Assembly (NCBI GenBank): GCA_021202245.1
Contig: JAJQDK010000010.1
Span: forward strand, 1-47,886
DNA from: Clostridiales bacterium
GTDB taxonomy: Bacteria; Bacillota; Clostridia; Oscillospirales; Acutalibacteraceae
Direction: 5' to 3'
Length of the DNA: 47,886 nucleotides
A model generated the notes under the pieces. That model did no database searches. It was given only the letters and a program-made list of their open reading frames with translations, and was not told where the DNA came from. The translations under genes and the position numbers were made by a program. The stretch's first letter is position 1; every line of letters begins with the position of its first letter. Shown here one piece after another: positions 8,581 through 16,562 of the stretch.

Positions 8581-8636
8581 TACCCAAGCTGCAAAAGCTC
8601 ATGACTGTCTAGGCTGAAAACAGCTTGCATTAAGTT
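8581..8636 (+). repeat. Degenerate and collapsed element copies between the kinase and esterase genes
   Basis: tacccaagctgcaaaagc resembles taacctaagcagcaaaagc (2823); agcttgcattaagtt (8622-8636) matches unit B ends joined at TGCA. Confidence 0.55.
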
Positions 8637-8642
8637 ATATTT

Positions 8643-8675
8643 TTCAATATAACTTCAATAATTCTCCTGTATACT
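8643..8675 (+). promoter_or_regulatory. Putative OmpR-type direct-repeat site plus a -10 box
   Basis: TTCAAT-N5-TTCAAT (11-bp period) at the -35 position, TATACT at 8670-8675. Confidence 0.5.
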
Positions 8676-8706
8676 TATGCTATCAAATATATAGGAGGAT
8701 TGTTTT

Positions 8707-11181
8707 ATGTTTTTCAAAAAAACAGCAGCCGCTGTCACTGTGCTTGCAATGGCGCTAAACTTTGCGGCATTCTCATCAGAAACAAACAACACCGACAATG
8801 ACAATACTGAACAATCATATATTGAACAAACGCTTAACATAGCAAATAACAGCGAACTGACGTGGAGCTACACCTCAAGCGACAACGCCTGGGTTATGTC
8901 TGTTGTATCAGCCGTAGCCTATCCGGAGCTTGCCGATTATCAAGGGGTATCGGTAGCCGTGCCCGGCGCATATGTAACGGGTATCGACACCGACGGTGAC
9001 GGTGATGCCGATGTGACCGCCGATAATTACTCAAAGGCAATAAACGGTACGTTGGTAATTGACAGCACCTCCTCAGTCACCTCCGAAAACGGGCAAATAT
9101 ACACCGCCTCTACAGCTCCCGTTATAATAAACACGGGTGCGGCAGGTTACAGTGCGCAGGAAAACCAGCAGGCTTCTACCTCAAACTGTACAAACGGTTA
9201 TATCAACGTCGCTTGCGGAAACCGAGGCAAGCAGTCAACAGCAGTAGATTCCGACGGCAACACCTACTACACCGGCGACGCTCCCGACTGTCTGGTTGAC
9301 CAAAAAGATACTATACGTTTTGTAAAATACAATATTTTGCTCGGCAACCTTCCCGGAAGCACCGAATACTTTGTATCTACGGGAGGTTCGGGCGGCGGTG
9401 CCCACGCAGTTACGGTTGCGGCAACCTCAAATAATTCCGTATATTACGATTATGAAATTTCACAGGGTGCAGTCGGAGTTTATAAAAATGACGACGGTTC
9501 ATACTCCACCTCCGTTACGATTGACGGTACGGAGTATGAGATCAGCGACGGAGTGTGGGGCTGCGTAGCATACTCTGCAATCACATCTCTTGCCGAAGCG
9601 GATATGGCATTGGCATTTGAATATTATCTTGATTCCGATTACAGCTTTAATACGGATTTTCAAAAGCTTACCGCACAATATCTGTCCGAGGAATATATGA
9701 CATATATCAACGACCAAAATCTCACTGTTGAAGAATCCGCTGTCGGCTTTGACCTGAATGACGACGGAGATACAGACGACACTGTTGAACTGACTATTGA
9801 ATATGATGAAGAAAAATATTCGGATACCAACGGCTACGGCGGAACCTATTTGACGCTTTACTTGAAAGAATTTATTTCCAACCTGCAATGGTATGTTGAT
9901 AATCTTGATTATGCAGACGGTTGGACCTGGTTTGATTCCGACGGAAACGTTCTCAGCGATGAAGCTGTGGCTTCAATGACCACCGCCGAAAAAGCTCAGG
10001 CATTTATTGAAGGCAGATACACAGAAGGCACCTCTAACGATAATGAAAATGCGGCAGGCGGTTCATTGCCTGATGGTGATTTGCCTGACGGTTCATTGCC
10101 GGACGGCGATTTGCCGAGCGGAGAGCTTCCCGGCGGTGAGAATACCGTCACCTCGGGTATGGGCGATGAAACAGGCACACCCGATGCCGGAACTACTCAG
10201 GGCACCGGCAGCAGCGTTGATTCAAACAATTACAGCAGCTTTGAAGAAATGCTGGAAGCATATCAGTCTGACATAGCGGAAGTGGAAGCAGGCGACGAGT
10301 ACGGAAACAATCAGGTTACTCTGTACAATCCACTCGTCTATATCGGCGCAGACGCCACGGAGGATCCGACCTGGACAAGAATTTTAATGGGCGCTTCCGA
10401 GGGAGATATGTCTATGTTCTCATCCTTAAATTTGCAGATTGCCTGGCTTAATGCCGGCACCGACGCCACAGTTGAATGGCAGTGGAATGGCGGTCATGTT
10501 CCCTCGGAAATCTTCGGCGAATCGCTTTCCTTGACAATTGATTCAAAATACGGCGAGTACGTTGAGGGAGCTGTCAGCGTGACAAAATCCGAAGCTGAAA
10601 CGCCGACCGCTAACGGCACTTCAAGTGAATGTTCAGGCACTGATATTTCCGACTGGGTCAGCGTTTCCGACAACGGCGAGGTATCATTCTCGCTTGCGGA
10701 TGCCGTTTCGTACAGAACTGACGGAGCAAGCAAGGCTACTCCCGGTTTTGACGTTATTGATTACGGTCAGGAAACCTATGAATTCGGCAGTTCAACACAG
10801 GATGCAAGACATTTTGACAAATATGTTTTGCAGGTATTCACGGAACACGCAGACGAATTATCCGAACTTTTCACCTCCGGCGCAGCAGAAAACACCGAGG
10901 AAACAACAGGATACACTCAGGAAACGACACAAACAGAGGATGATTCAACGTACATCGGAATTATGGGCGACGCAAACAGCGACGGAGTAGTTACCGTAGC
11001 CGATGTTACGGTTGTGCAAAAAGCTTCGGTTAAGCTTACAACGCTCACCGAGGAACAGAATACGCTTGCCGATGTGAACGGCGACGGCAGAGTTTCCATG
11101 CTGGACGCAACCTGTATTCAAAAATATGTTGTGGGCGGATACTCCGACACCGGCTCAACAGGTCAGGCTGTCAGCGAATAA
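8707..11181 (+). CDS. Secreted subtype-A tannase-like alpha/beta esterase with a C-terminal type I dockerin
   Basis: Signal peptide; GDAPDCLVDQKDTIRFV, nucleophile elbow GGSGGGA and W.W.GGH; dockerin GDANSDG..V.D...VQK / ADVNGDG.VS.LDATCIQK. Confidence 0.7.
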   Translation: MFFKKTAAAVTVLAMALNFAAFSSETNNTDNDNTEQSYIEQTLNIANNSELTWSYTSSDNAWVMSVVSAVAYPELADYQGVSVAVPGAYVTGIDTDGDGDADVTADNYSKAINGTLVIDSTSSVTSENGQIYTASTAPVIINTGAAGYSAQENQQASTSNCTNGYINVACGNRGKQSTAVDSDGNTYYTGDAPDCLVDQKDTIRFVKYNILLGNLPGSTEYFVSTGGSGGGAHAVTVAATSNNSVYYDYEISQGAVGVYKNDDGSYSTSVTIDGTEYEISDGVWGCVAYSAITSLAEADMALAFEYYLDSDYSFNTDFQKLTAQYLSEEYMTYINDQNLTVEESAVGFDLNDDGDTDDTVELTIEYDEEKYSDTNGYGGTYLTLYLKEFISNLQWYVDNLDYADGWTWFDSDGNVLSDEAVASMTTAEKAQAFIEGRYTEGTSNDNENAAGGSLPDGDLPDGSLPDGDLPSGELPGGENTVTSGMGDETGTPDAGTTQGTGSSVDSNNYSSFEEMLEAYQSDIAEVEAGDEYGNNQVTLYNPLVYIGADATEDPTWTRILMGASEGDMSMFSSLNLQIAWLNAGTDATVEWQWNGGHVPSEIFGESLSLTIDSKYGEYVEGAVSVTKSEAETPTANGTSSECSGTDISDWVSVSDNGEVSFSLADAVSYRTDGASKATPGFDVIDYGQETYEFGSSTQDARHFDKYVLQVFTEHADELSELFTSGAAENTEETTGYTQETTQTEDDSTYIGIMGDANSDGVVTVADVTVVQKASVKLTTLTEEQNTLADVNGDGRVSMLDATCIQKYVVGGYSDTGSTGQAVSE
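10060..10134 (+). repeat. Five tandem 15-bp coding repeats (GSLPD GDLPD GSLPD GDLPS GELPG)
   Basis: Read directly in the DNA and protein. Confidence 0.85.
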
Positions 11182-11236
11182 AAGCAAATAGATTTGCAAA
11201 AAAAGAACACACGGCATACGCTGTGCGTTCAGAATG

Positions 11237-11281
11237 CAGAAAAAGCAGGTTGTTTCAAGAGAAGCATCCTGCTTTTTCTGT
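11237..11281. terminator. Bidirectional terminator
   Basis: CAGAAAAAGCAGG/CCTGCTTTTTCTG inverted repeat between convergent genes. Confidence 0.75.
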
Positions 11282-11331
11282 AGTAAGTATTGTTAATTCA
11301 GGAAATTATTGCTCGTTAAAAGCAGGATGAA

Positions 11332-11643
11332 TCACACAAATTTAACCGCAGTGCCATAAGCAAGCACCTCGGCAGCCTGCTGCATAACGGAGGCGGAGGT
11401 AAATCTCACTCCGACGATTGCATCTGCTCCCATTTGAGCTGCCTGATCTATCATACGCTGAGTTGCAATAGCTCTTGATTTTGCCATCATCTCGGTATAA
11501 GACTTGAGCTCACCGCCCACCATTGTCTTAAAGCCCTGTCCCATATCGCTGAACATATGCTTGGACTGGATGGTATTGCCTGTAACCAATCCGAGAGTGG
11601 CGCAGTTTCTTCCGGTAACTGTTTCGGTTGTGACCAATATCAT
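11332..11643 (-). CDS. YbjQ/UPF0145 putative heavy-metal-binding protein
   Basis: LGLVTG...VGGELKSYT...GADAIVGVRF...AYGTAV signature. Confidence 0.9.
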   Translation of the reverse strand: MILVTTETVTGRNCATLGLVTGNTIQSKHMFSDMGQGFKTMVGGELKSYTEMMAKSRAIATQRMIDQAAQMGADAIVGVRFTSASVMQQAAEVLAYGTAVKFV

Positions 11644-11765
11644 ATAAACACCCCATTAAATAAGATTGTATATATTTTATCATAATTTTGTACATCAGTC
11701 AACCAACGGTCGGAATTTAATAAGCTCTGTCGGAAAAAGTTTAATATTATGAAATTAAGAGCGGC

Positions 11766-12392
11766 TTATGCGCTTTCAGAAGCGCCCGCTTTAATTATTT
11801 CAAGCTTGCGAAGATAGATTTTTTTCTCATCCTCAGCATTGTTTTCCACAACAAAAACATTGAAAATTGCTTCCTTTAAAACCTGCGACAATATTTGGGT
11901 GAGAAATTCAACATCCTCGTCCTGCTTGAATTTCAGCTTATCTTTATTTAGAAAATCCGTTATCTTTTCCATACGTCCGATGCCGTCAAAGCCGTTGAAG
12001 CGGTTGAACATATAATCCGAAAACAAATCGTCGTTAGCCTTAATATTTTTAAAAAGATTTTTTAAAATTACTTTTTTGCTTTCATCCTCGTAAAAGCCGA
12101 CTATAATATCATACAATTTAACATAGGTATAAAAAATATCGCCGTCCGACTCACGCAGAGCGTCGTTCACGCCGTCAAGCGAAAACCGAATAAAGGTACT
12201 CATCAGCACCTCCACCAAGTCAACCTTATCGTCAAAATATTGATAAAAGCTTCCTCTTGAAATTTTTGCGGCTTTTACAATGCGGTTTATGCTCACCTTT
12301 TCGGTTGTTGTGCTTGCAAATTCATTCATTACGGCTTCAATTATTCTGTTTCGCTTTTCCTCGGGGAGATTATAAAAGGTCTTTTTTATCAT
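11766..12392 (-). CDS. TetR/AcrR-family regulator
   Basis: TFYNLPEEKR...SINRIVKAAKISRGSFYQYFDDK helix-turn-helix. Confidence 0.9.
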   Translation of the reverse strand: MIKKTFYNLPEEKRNRIIEAVMNEFASTTTEKVSINRIVKAAKISRGSFYQYFDDKVDLVEVLMSTFIRFSLDGVNDALRESDGDIFYTYVKLYDIIVGFYEDESKKVILKNLFKNIKANDDLFSDYMFNRFNGFDGIGRMEKITDFLNKDKLKFKQDEDVEFLTQILSQVLKEAIFNVFVVENNAEDEKKIYLRKLEIIKAGASESA

Positions 12393-12415
12393 ATACTTAA
12401 CTCCTTATTTGTTTT

Positions 12416-12586
12416 TAATCGGAGCAACGCTCTGTAAAGCTCGCTTGAAACAGAGCTTGCGATAGATTGCAGCTTGCAAAGGGGGGAGCGTTAGCTCCTC
12501 AGTGTTTCAGCGGGAGATTACAGCTCCCACTGAAATGATGAATGACACCCGCCGCCTTAGAGGCGGGGGACATCTTTGCATAAGTC
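12416..12586 (+). repeat. Long composite hairpin element, second full copy, inside the predicted tetR 5' UTR
   Basis: Colinear and highly similar to 6220-6387. Confidence 0.9.
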
Positions 12587-12648
12587 ATATGACAGGTTGT
12601 CATATGACAACTTGTCATAAGTTTAACATCTTCCCCTTAAAGTGTCAA
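12584..12648 (-). promoter_or_regulatory. tetR promoter with tandem palindromic operators
   Basis: TTGACA-17bp-TAAACT (TGn) on the minus strand; overlapping TATGACA-N3-TGTCATA palindromes at 12588-12604 and 12603-12619. Confidence 0.65.
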
Positions 12649-12662
12649 CAGAAAATTGAAAT

Positions 12663-13163
12663 TTATTTGATAATATCGGCGCATTGAGCGTCCGTCAGCC
12701 TTATAAGGTCCTTAGGCTGCAGGTCAATCTGATAACCGATTTTGCCTGTGCTTACTATTATTTTCGGAATTTCCTCCGCAGTTTTGTGAAATGTGGTTTT
12801 ATATTGCTTTTTCATTCCAATCGGCGAGCATCCGCCCCGCACATAGCCCGTCACCCTTGTGATATCCTTAACGTGTATCATTGCAACAGATTTTTCGCCT
12901 ACGCTTGCGGCGCACTTTTTTAAATCAAGCTCGTCCGCAACAGGAACAACAAAGACGTAGAATTTTCCGCTTGCGCCCTTTGTCACAAGTGTTTTAAAAA
13001 CATATTCCGGGTCTTGGTTCATAAGCTTTGCAACCGAAGCGCCGTCAACTGCATCCTTGCCGTGAGGATATTCGTGAGGTATATATTTGATGTTTTCTTT
13101 TTCAAGAATTCTCATCACATTTGTTTTTAAATTAGGGGCTTTCCCCGAGTTATATTCTGCCAT
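12663..13163 (-). CDS. ybaK: Cys-tRNA(Pro) deacylase
   Basis: KTNVMRIL, VFKTLV and TGYVRGGCSPIGMKK motifs. Confidence 0.92.
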   Translation of the reverse strand: MAEYNSGKAPNLKTNVMRILEKENIKYIPHEYPHGKDAVDGASVAKLMNQDPEYVFKTLVTKGASGKFYVFVVPVADELDLKKCAASVGEKSVAMIHVKDITRVTGYVRGGCSPIGMKKQYKTTFHKTAEEIPKIIVSTGKIGYQIDLQPKDLIRLTDAQCADIIK

Positions 13164-13255
13164 TTTTCCACTCCGAAGGTTTTTTTCATTTTAATTCATT
13201 TTCCGGCACATTGTCAAGACACAAAGCGAATTTTGAAAGGATAAACTAAGCACCT

Positions 13256-13693
13256 GTTCGTAGCGGCGGTCACTGACCGCCACAGTCGCTCCGCACATCA
13301 CTGTGTGCGAAGGTATAATTTCCCACCGCAGCCCGTGCCTCCCTCTGACGAGGGAGGTGTCACGCAAAGCGTGACGGAGGGAGAGAAAACGTTATAGTTA
13401 TATCTAACTTATACCACTGTGTACCAACGTATAATTTCGCTCAACCTCGTAGGGGCTGATATTATCCGCCCGAAGTAAAGGCAGGATGTTTTAATTCTAA
13501 TTATACATTTGACAAAGCTATATACGTTAAAATGTAAATGCAAAAAATTTATGAAATTAAATTATAGTTTTTATAAGGACGGCTGCGCCGTGCGGGCGGA
13601 TACTATCCGCCCCTACGAGGTTGTGGGGCATCAAGTGACAGCACACAGTGGTATGCGTTGCGGCAATGGCGAACACTGTTCGCCGCTACGAAC
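13256..13693. repeat. Nested inverted GTAG-type REP pairs (REPIN/BIME-like)
   Basis: GTAG+hairpin at 13260 and 13449, inverted partners ending CTAC at 13616 and 13689; a further inverted repeat at 13411-13422/13643-13654. Confidence 0.75.
13337..13384 (+). repeat. GCCTCCCTC...GAGGGAGGTG...GACGGAGGGAG double-hairpin repeat of the type common in Clostridia
   Basis: Two stems, cctccctc/gagggagg and tcacgc/gcgtga; family recognised from memory. Confidence 0.55.
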
Positions 13694-13746
13694 GTGTTAT
13701 AATTTTAGCGTATCATCGCAAAGAAAGCTGCGGCATAATATTTTTA

Positions 13747-13823
13747 ACTCAACACTCCAAACTCCAAACTCAACACTCCACACTAAACACTAAACACTAA
13801 GCACTAAGCACTACCCACTGACC
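13747..13823 (+). repeat. Heptamer tandem repeat (ACTnnnn x11)
   Basis: actcaac actccaa actccaa actcaac actccac actaaac actaaac actaagc actaagc actaccc actgacc. Confidence 0.85.
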
Positions 13824-13862
13824 GCCGCTGCGAACGGGAGGGTATTCCCTTATTTGCTAATG

Positions 13863-13924
13863 TTGACAATTTGATTTTTTAGCGCTAAACTAACTGTTAG
13901 ACTTTTAACAGTTAGTTTTCTAAC
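13863..13924 (+). promoter_or_regulatory. marR promoter and operators
   Basis: TTGACA-17bp-TAAACT, then palindromes ACTGTTAG-N4-TTAACAGT and GTTAG-N4-CTAAC. Confidence 0.65.
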
Positions 13925-13946
13925 CGTTTACGGAAAGGAGCTTAAT

Positions 13947-14396
13947 ATGAAGAGGTCGCTGCATTATCTTTTAATGGCTAATCACACGGAGCTGCAAAAA
14001 CAGCTTTTCTCTTCCGTAAAGGACACCGAATTGACCTTGGGTCAGCCGAAAGTTTTGGATTACCTAAAGGAGCGCAACGGCGTTGTGCAAAAAGAAATTG
14101 CCTGCGCCTGCCACATAGAGCCGGCTTCTCTGTCCTCAATCCTCAACGGTATGGAAAAGAAAGGCTTGATTACAAGAAAAATGTCGCTTGAAAACCGCAG
14201 AGTCTGCTATATCTTTTTAACCGAAAAGGGAGAAAGACTTATGCGCAGAGTAGACGATGAATTTAAAAGGATAGACGAAAGCTGTCTTTACGGCTTTTCG
14301 GAAAAAGAAAAAGAAACCCTGAACGGATTTCTTGAAAGAATTTATAATAATTTGTATAATGTCAAAAGTACAAAAGGAGATAATACTGTTGAATAA
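13947..14396 (+). CDS. MarR-family regulator
   Basis: LTLGQPKVL...QKEIA...MEKKGLITR...NRR...LTEKG. Confidence 0.9.
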   Translation: MKRSLHYLLMANHTELQKQLFSSVKDTELTLGQPKVLDYLKERNGVVQKEIACACHIEPASLSSILNGMEKKGLITRKMSLENRRVCYIFLTEKGERLMRRVDDEFKRIDESCLYGFSEKEKETLNGFLERIYNNLYNVKSTKGDNTVE

Positions 14397-15096
14397 AAAA
14401 GAGCTTTCAAAACGATATTTACTTTTCATCATCAGCCTGTTTTTTTCCGCCCTCGGAGTTGCGTTTACAAAGCACGGCGGATTAGGCGTATCGCCGATTT
14501 CCTCCGTGGCAAACGTACTGAGCTGCCGGTTTGATTTTTTATCAATCGGCATTTGGCTCATCATATGGAACTGTCTGCTGATTTTGGGGCAAATAGTCAT
14601 TTTAAGAAGAAAATTTCAGATAATCCAGCTTCTGCAAATTCCGCTGTCCGTTTTATTCAGAGTATTTACCGATATAGGAATGAAGATTGTTTCGTGGATT
14701 CCGACAGATTCATACATAATGAAATTGTTGATGGTTGTAACAGGAATAATAATATTAGCCTTCGGCGTATCTCTTTCGGTGATTGCAAACGTAATTTTAA
14801 ATTCCGGAGAAGCGTTTGTCAAGGCGATTTCGGACACAACCCATAAGCAGTTCGGCAATGTAAAAATAGCATTTGATGTAGGCTGTGTTGCGGCGTCTGT
14901 GATTTTGTCGCTGATATTCTTCGACTTTAAAATTGTGGGCGCAAGAGAGGGCACCGTCATATCGGCGTTCACGGTCGGATTGGTTGTAAAATTTTTCAAT
15001 AAGCACTTGCAGCAGCCGATAAGCTCCCTGCTTACGACACAAAGCACCGAAGCGGAGCTGCCCGCTTCTAATCTGAATCGCAGCAACGCAAGATAG
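14389..15096 (+). CDS. YczE/YitT-like (DUF6198) membrane protein
   Basis: LGVSPISS, LQIP, GEAFV, KIAFD and REGTVISA motifs; TTG start with RBS AAAGGAG, overlapping the marR end. Confidence 0.8.
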   Translation: MNKKELSKRYLLFIISLFFSALGVAFTKHGGLGVSPISSVANVLSCRFDFLSIGIWLIIWNCLLILGQIVILRRKFQIIQLLQIPLSVLFRVFTDIGMKIVSWIPTDSYIMKLLMVVTGIIILAFGVSLSVIANVILNSGEAFVKAISDTTHKQFGNVKIAFDVGCVAASVILSLIFFDFKIVGAREGTVISAFTVGLVVKFFNKHLQQPISSLLTTQSTEAELPASNLNRSNAR

Positions 15097-15163
15097 CTTT
15101 CAAGCAAGCTGCCTGCCCCGTAAGGCGCAAAAGCAACGGCGGAGGGCATTTGCGTTTCAGGTT
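15075..15163. repeat. Collapsed unit-A copy (15075-15099) plus a hairpin element ending CAGGTT on the next gene's stop
   Basis: aatcgcagcaacgc-aagatagctt versus aatcggagcaacgc...gcgataggtt; minus-strand stop reads TAACCTG. Confidence 0.55.
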
Positions 15164-15581
15164 AAAAAATCTTCTTTTCAAATTCCTTTCCGCAACGGGG
15201 ACAGCGCACGGTATGAGTTCCTTTTTTTCTTTTAACTCTCAGCTGAGCTTTGCAGGAGGGACATTTGAGGTACTTGTAGTCATTGCGCTCTTTAAATCTG
15301 CGGGCACACAGCTTAAACCAATTTGTCACCGAATTAAAAATTGCCGTAAAGCGCCTGTTTTCGGCACTGCGCCCGTAGATATTGCGTGAAAGGGTACGAA
15401 ACAAAAATAGTGCAAGGGCAATCAACTCAAAGAGGTCGATAATAAGGCTTGCGGTTGAATTAAATACAAAGAGATTTACAAACCAAAGCACAAGAAAAAC
15501 GATAAAAATAAATTTATTGAAATTATCCATACCGTATCTGCCTTGCATAAAGGCAGAAAATTTTTGCATTAAGCCTCGCAT
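15162..15581 (-). CDS. Conserved clostridial membrane protein with a C-terminal Zn-ribbon
   Basis: FMQGRYGMD, two TM helices, RTLSRN, CPSC...CPRC. Confidence 0.8.
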   Translation of the reverse strand: MRGLMQKFSAFMQGRYGMDNFNKFIFIVFLVLWFVNLFVFNSTASLIIDLFELIALALFLFRTLSRNIYGRSAENRRFTAIFNSVTNWFKLCARRFKERNDYKYLKCPSCKAQLRVKRKKGTHTVRCPRCGKEFEKKIF

Positions 15582-15659
15582 TTATATCATCCTTTCGATA
15601 GTATTTTATCATATGCGCCCCGTAGGAAGCAATATACATTTTGTATGTTTTGCTTTTGC

Positions 15660-16514
15660 TTATGAAACATAATCGGCGCAAAAGTAAACGTATTTTACGT
15701 CTGCTATTACTGCGGAATGCTCGGTTTTGACTACTACCGTTTTGTGCTGTGAAGCGCTGAGCTCACTCACGCATTGAGCAATATTACAGGCTTTGCGGTC
15801 ATAACCGTACTTGTCAAAAAACTCTTCCTCGGTCATAACCAACGACTCGTATCCCTCAAAGAGAGAGAGCCGTGAATAGTCAATCAGCATATATTCATCC
15901 TTGAGCAAATGTATGCCGATGTCGGCATTTACAAGAGAATCTATATAATACGGAGCGTCGCCCGTAAAAAATCCGGTCTTAAAATATCCAATTGAAACCG
16001 TCAGGTCGGAGTTCACTGCGATGCTGCCCACTCCGGTGTCACCGTTGATTCCGCTGTTTATGTCGGCGCTGATAACATAGGCGTTTGATGAGTTAATCTG
16101 CTCAATAGCCGAAAGTGCCTGACCTTGCACCTCTCCCTTAAAGCCTGTTCCGAAAATGCAGTCCACCACTATGTCATAGCCGATAAAGCTGCCTGCCGAG
16201 CCAAGCGCTTCCTCCTCGGCTCCGAGAGCCTTTGCGTTTTTATAATAGTACAGTCCGTCCTCGGAAAATCCGTCGCCGACTCTGACTATGGTGGGAATAA
16301 TTCCGTTTTGGCAAAGTATACAGGCGAGAGCGTAGCCGTCGCCACCGTTGTTGCCCTTGCCGCAGACAACGGCAACCTTGCCTACAAATTTTACGGAATT
16401 AAAAATTCCCTGCGCCGCTCTGAGCATAAGCTCTGCCGACGAGGTATGCTCGGCAATGGTATGAGCGTCGCTTTGACGCATATTTTCAACAGTAATAACC
16501 TTTTGCAAGTCCAT
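15660..16514 (-). CDS. nnrE: NAD(P)H-hydrate epimerase (YjeF_N) with a short residual C-terminal segment
   Basis: LMLRA, CGKGNNGGDG, VDCIFGTG, SADINSG and ADIGI motifs. Confidence 0.85.
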   Translation of the reverse strand: MDLQKVITVENMRQSDAHTIAEHTSSAELMLRAAQGIFNSVKFVGKVAVVCGKGNNGGDGYALACILCQNGIIPTIVRVGDGFSEDGLYYYKNAKALGAEEEALGSAGSFIGYDIVVDCIFGTGFKGEVQGQALSAIEQINSSNAYVISADINSGINGDTGVGSIAVNSDLTVSIGYFKTGFFTGDAPYYIDSLVNADIGIHLLKDEYMLIDYSRLSLFEGYESLVMTEEEFFDKYGYDRKACNIAQCVSELSASQHKTVVVKTEHSAVIADVKYVYFCADYVS

Positions 16515-16562
16515 TTTGCGTTTTCCTTTCCCATTGATTTGTCAGCCTAATATGTATATAGC

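Noticed and set aside
13509-13793. 94-aa ORF in the repeat hotspot
   Set aside because: It runs through REP and heptamer repeats, has a TTG start without an RBS, and shows no protein motif.
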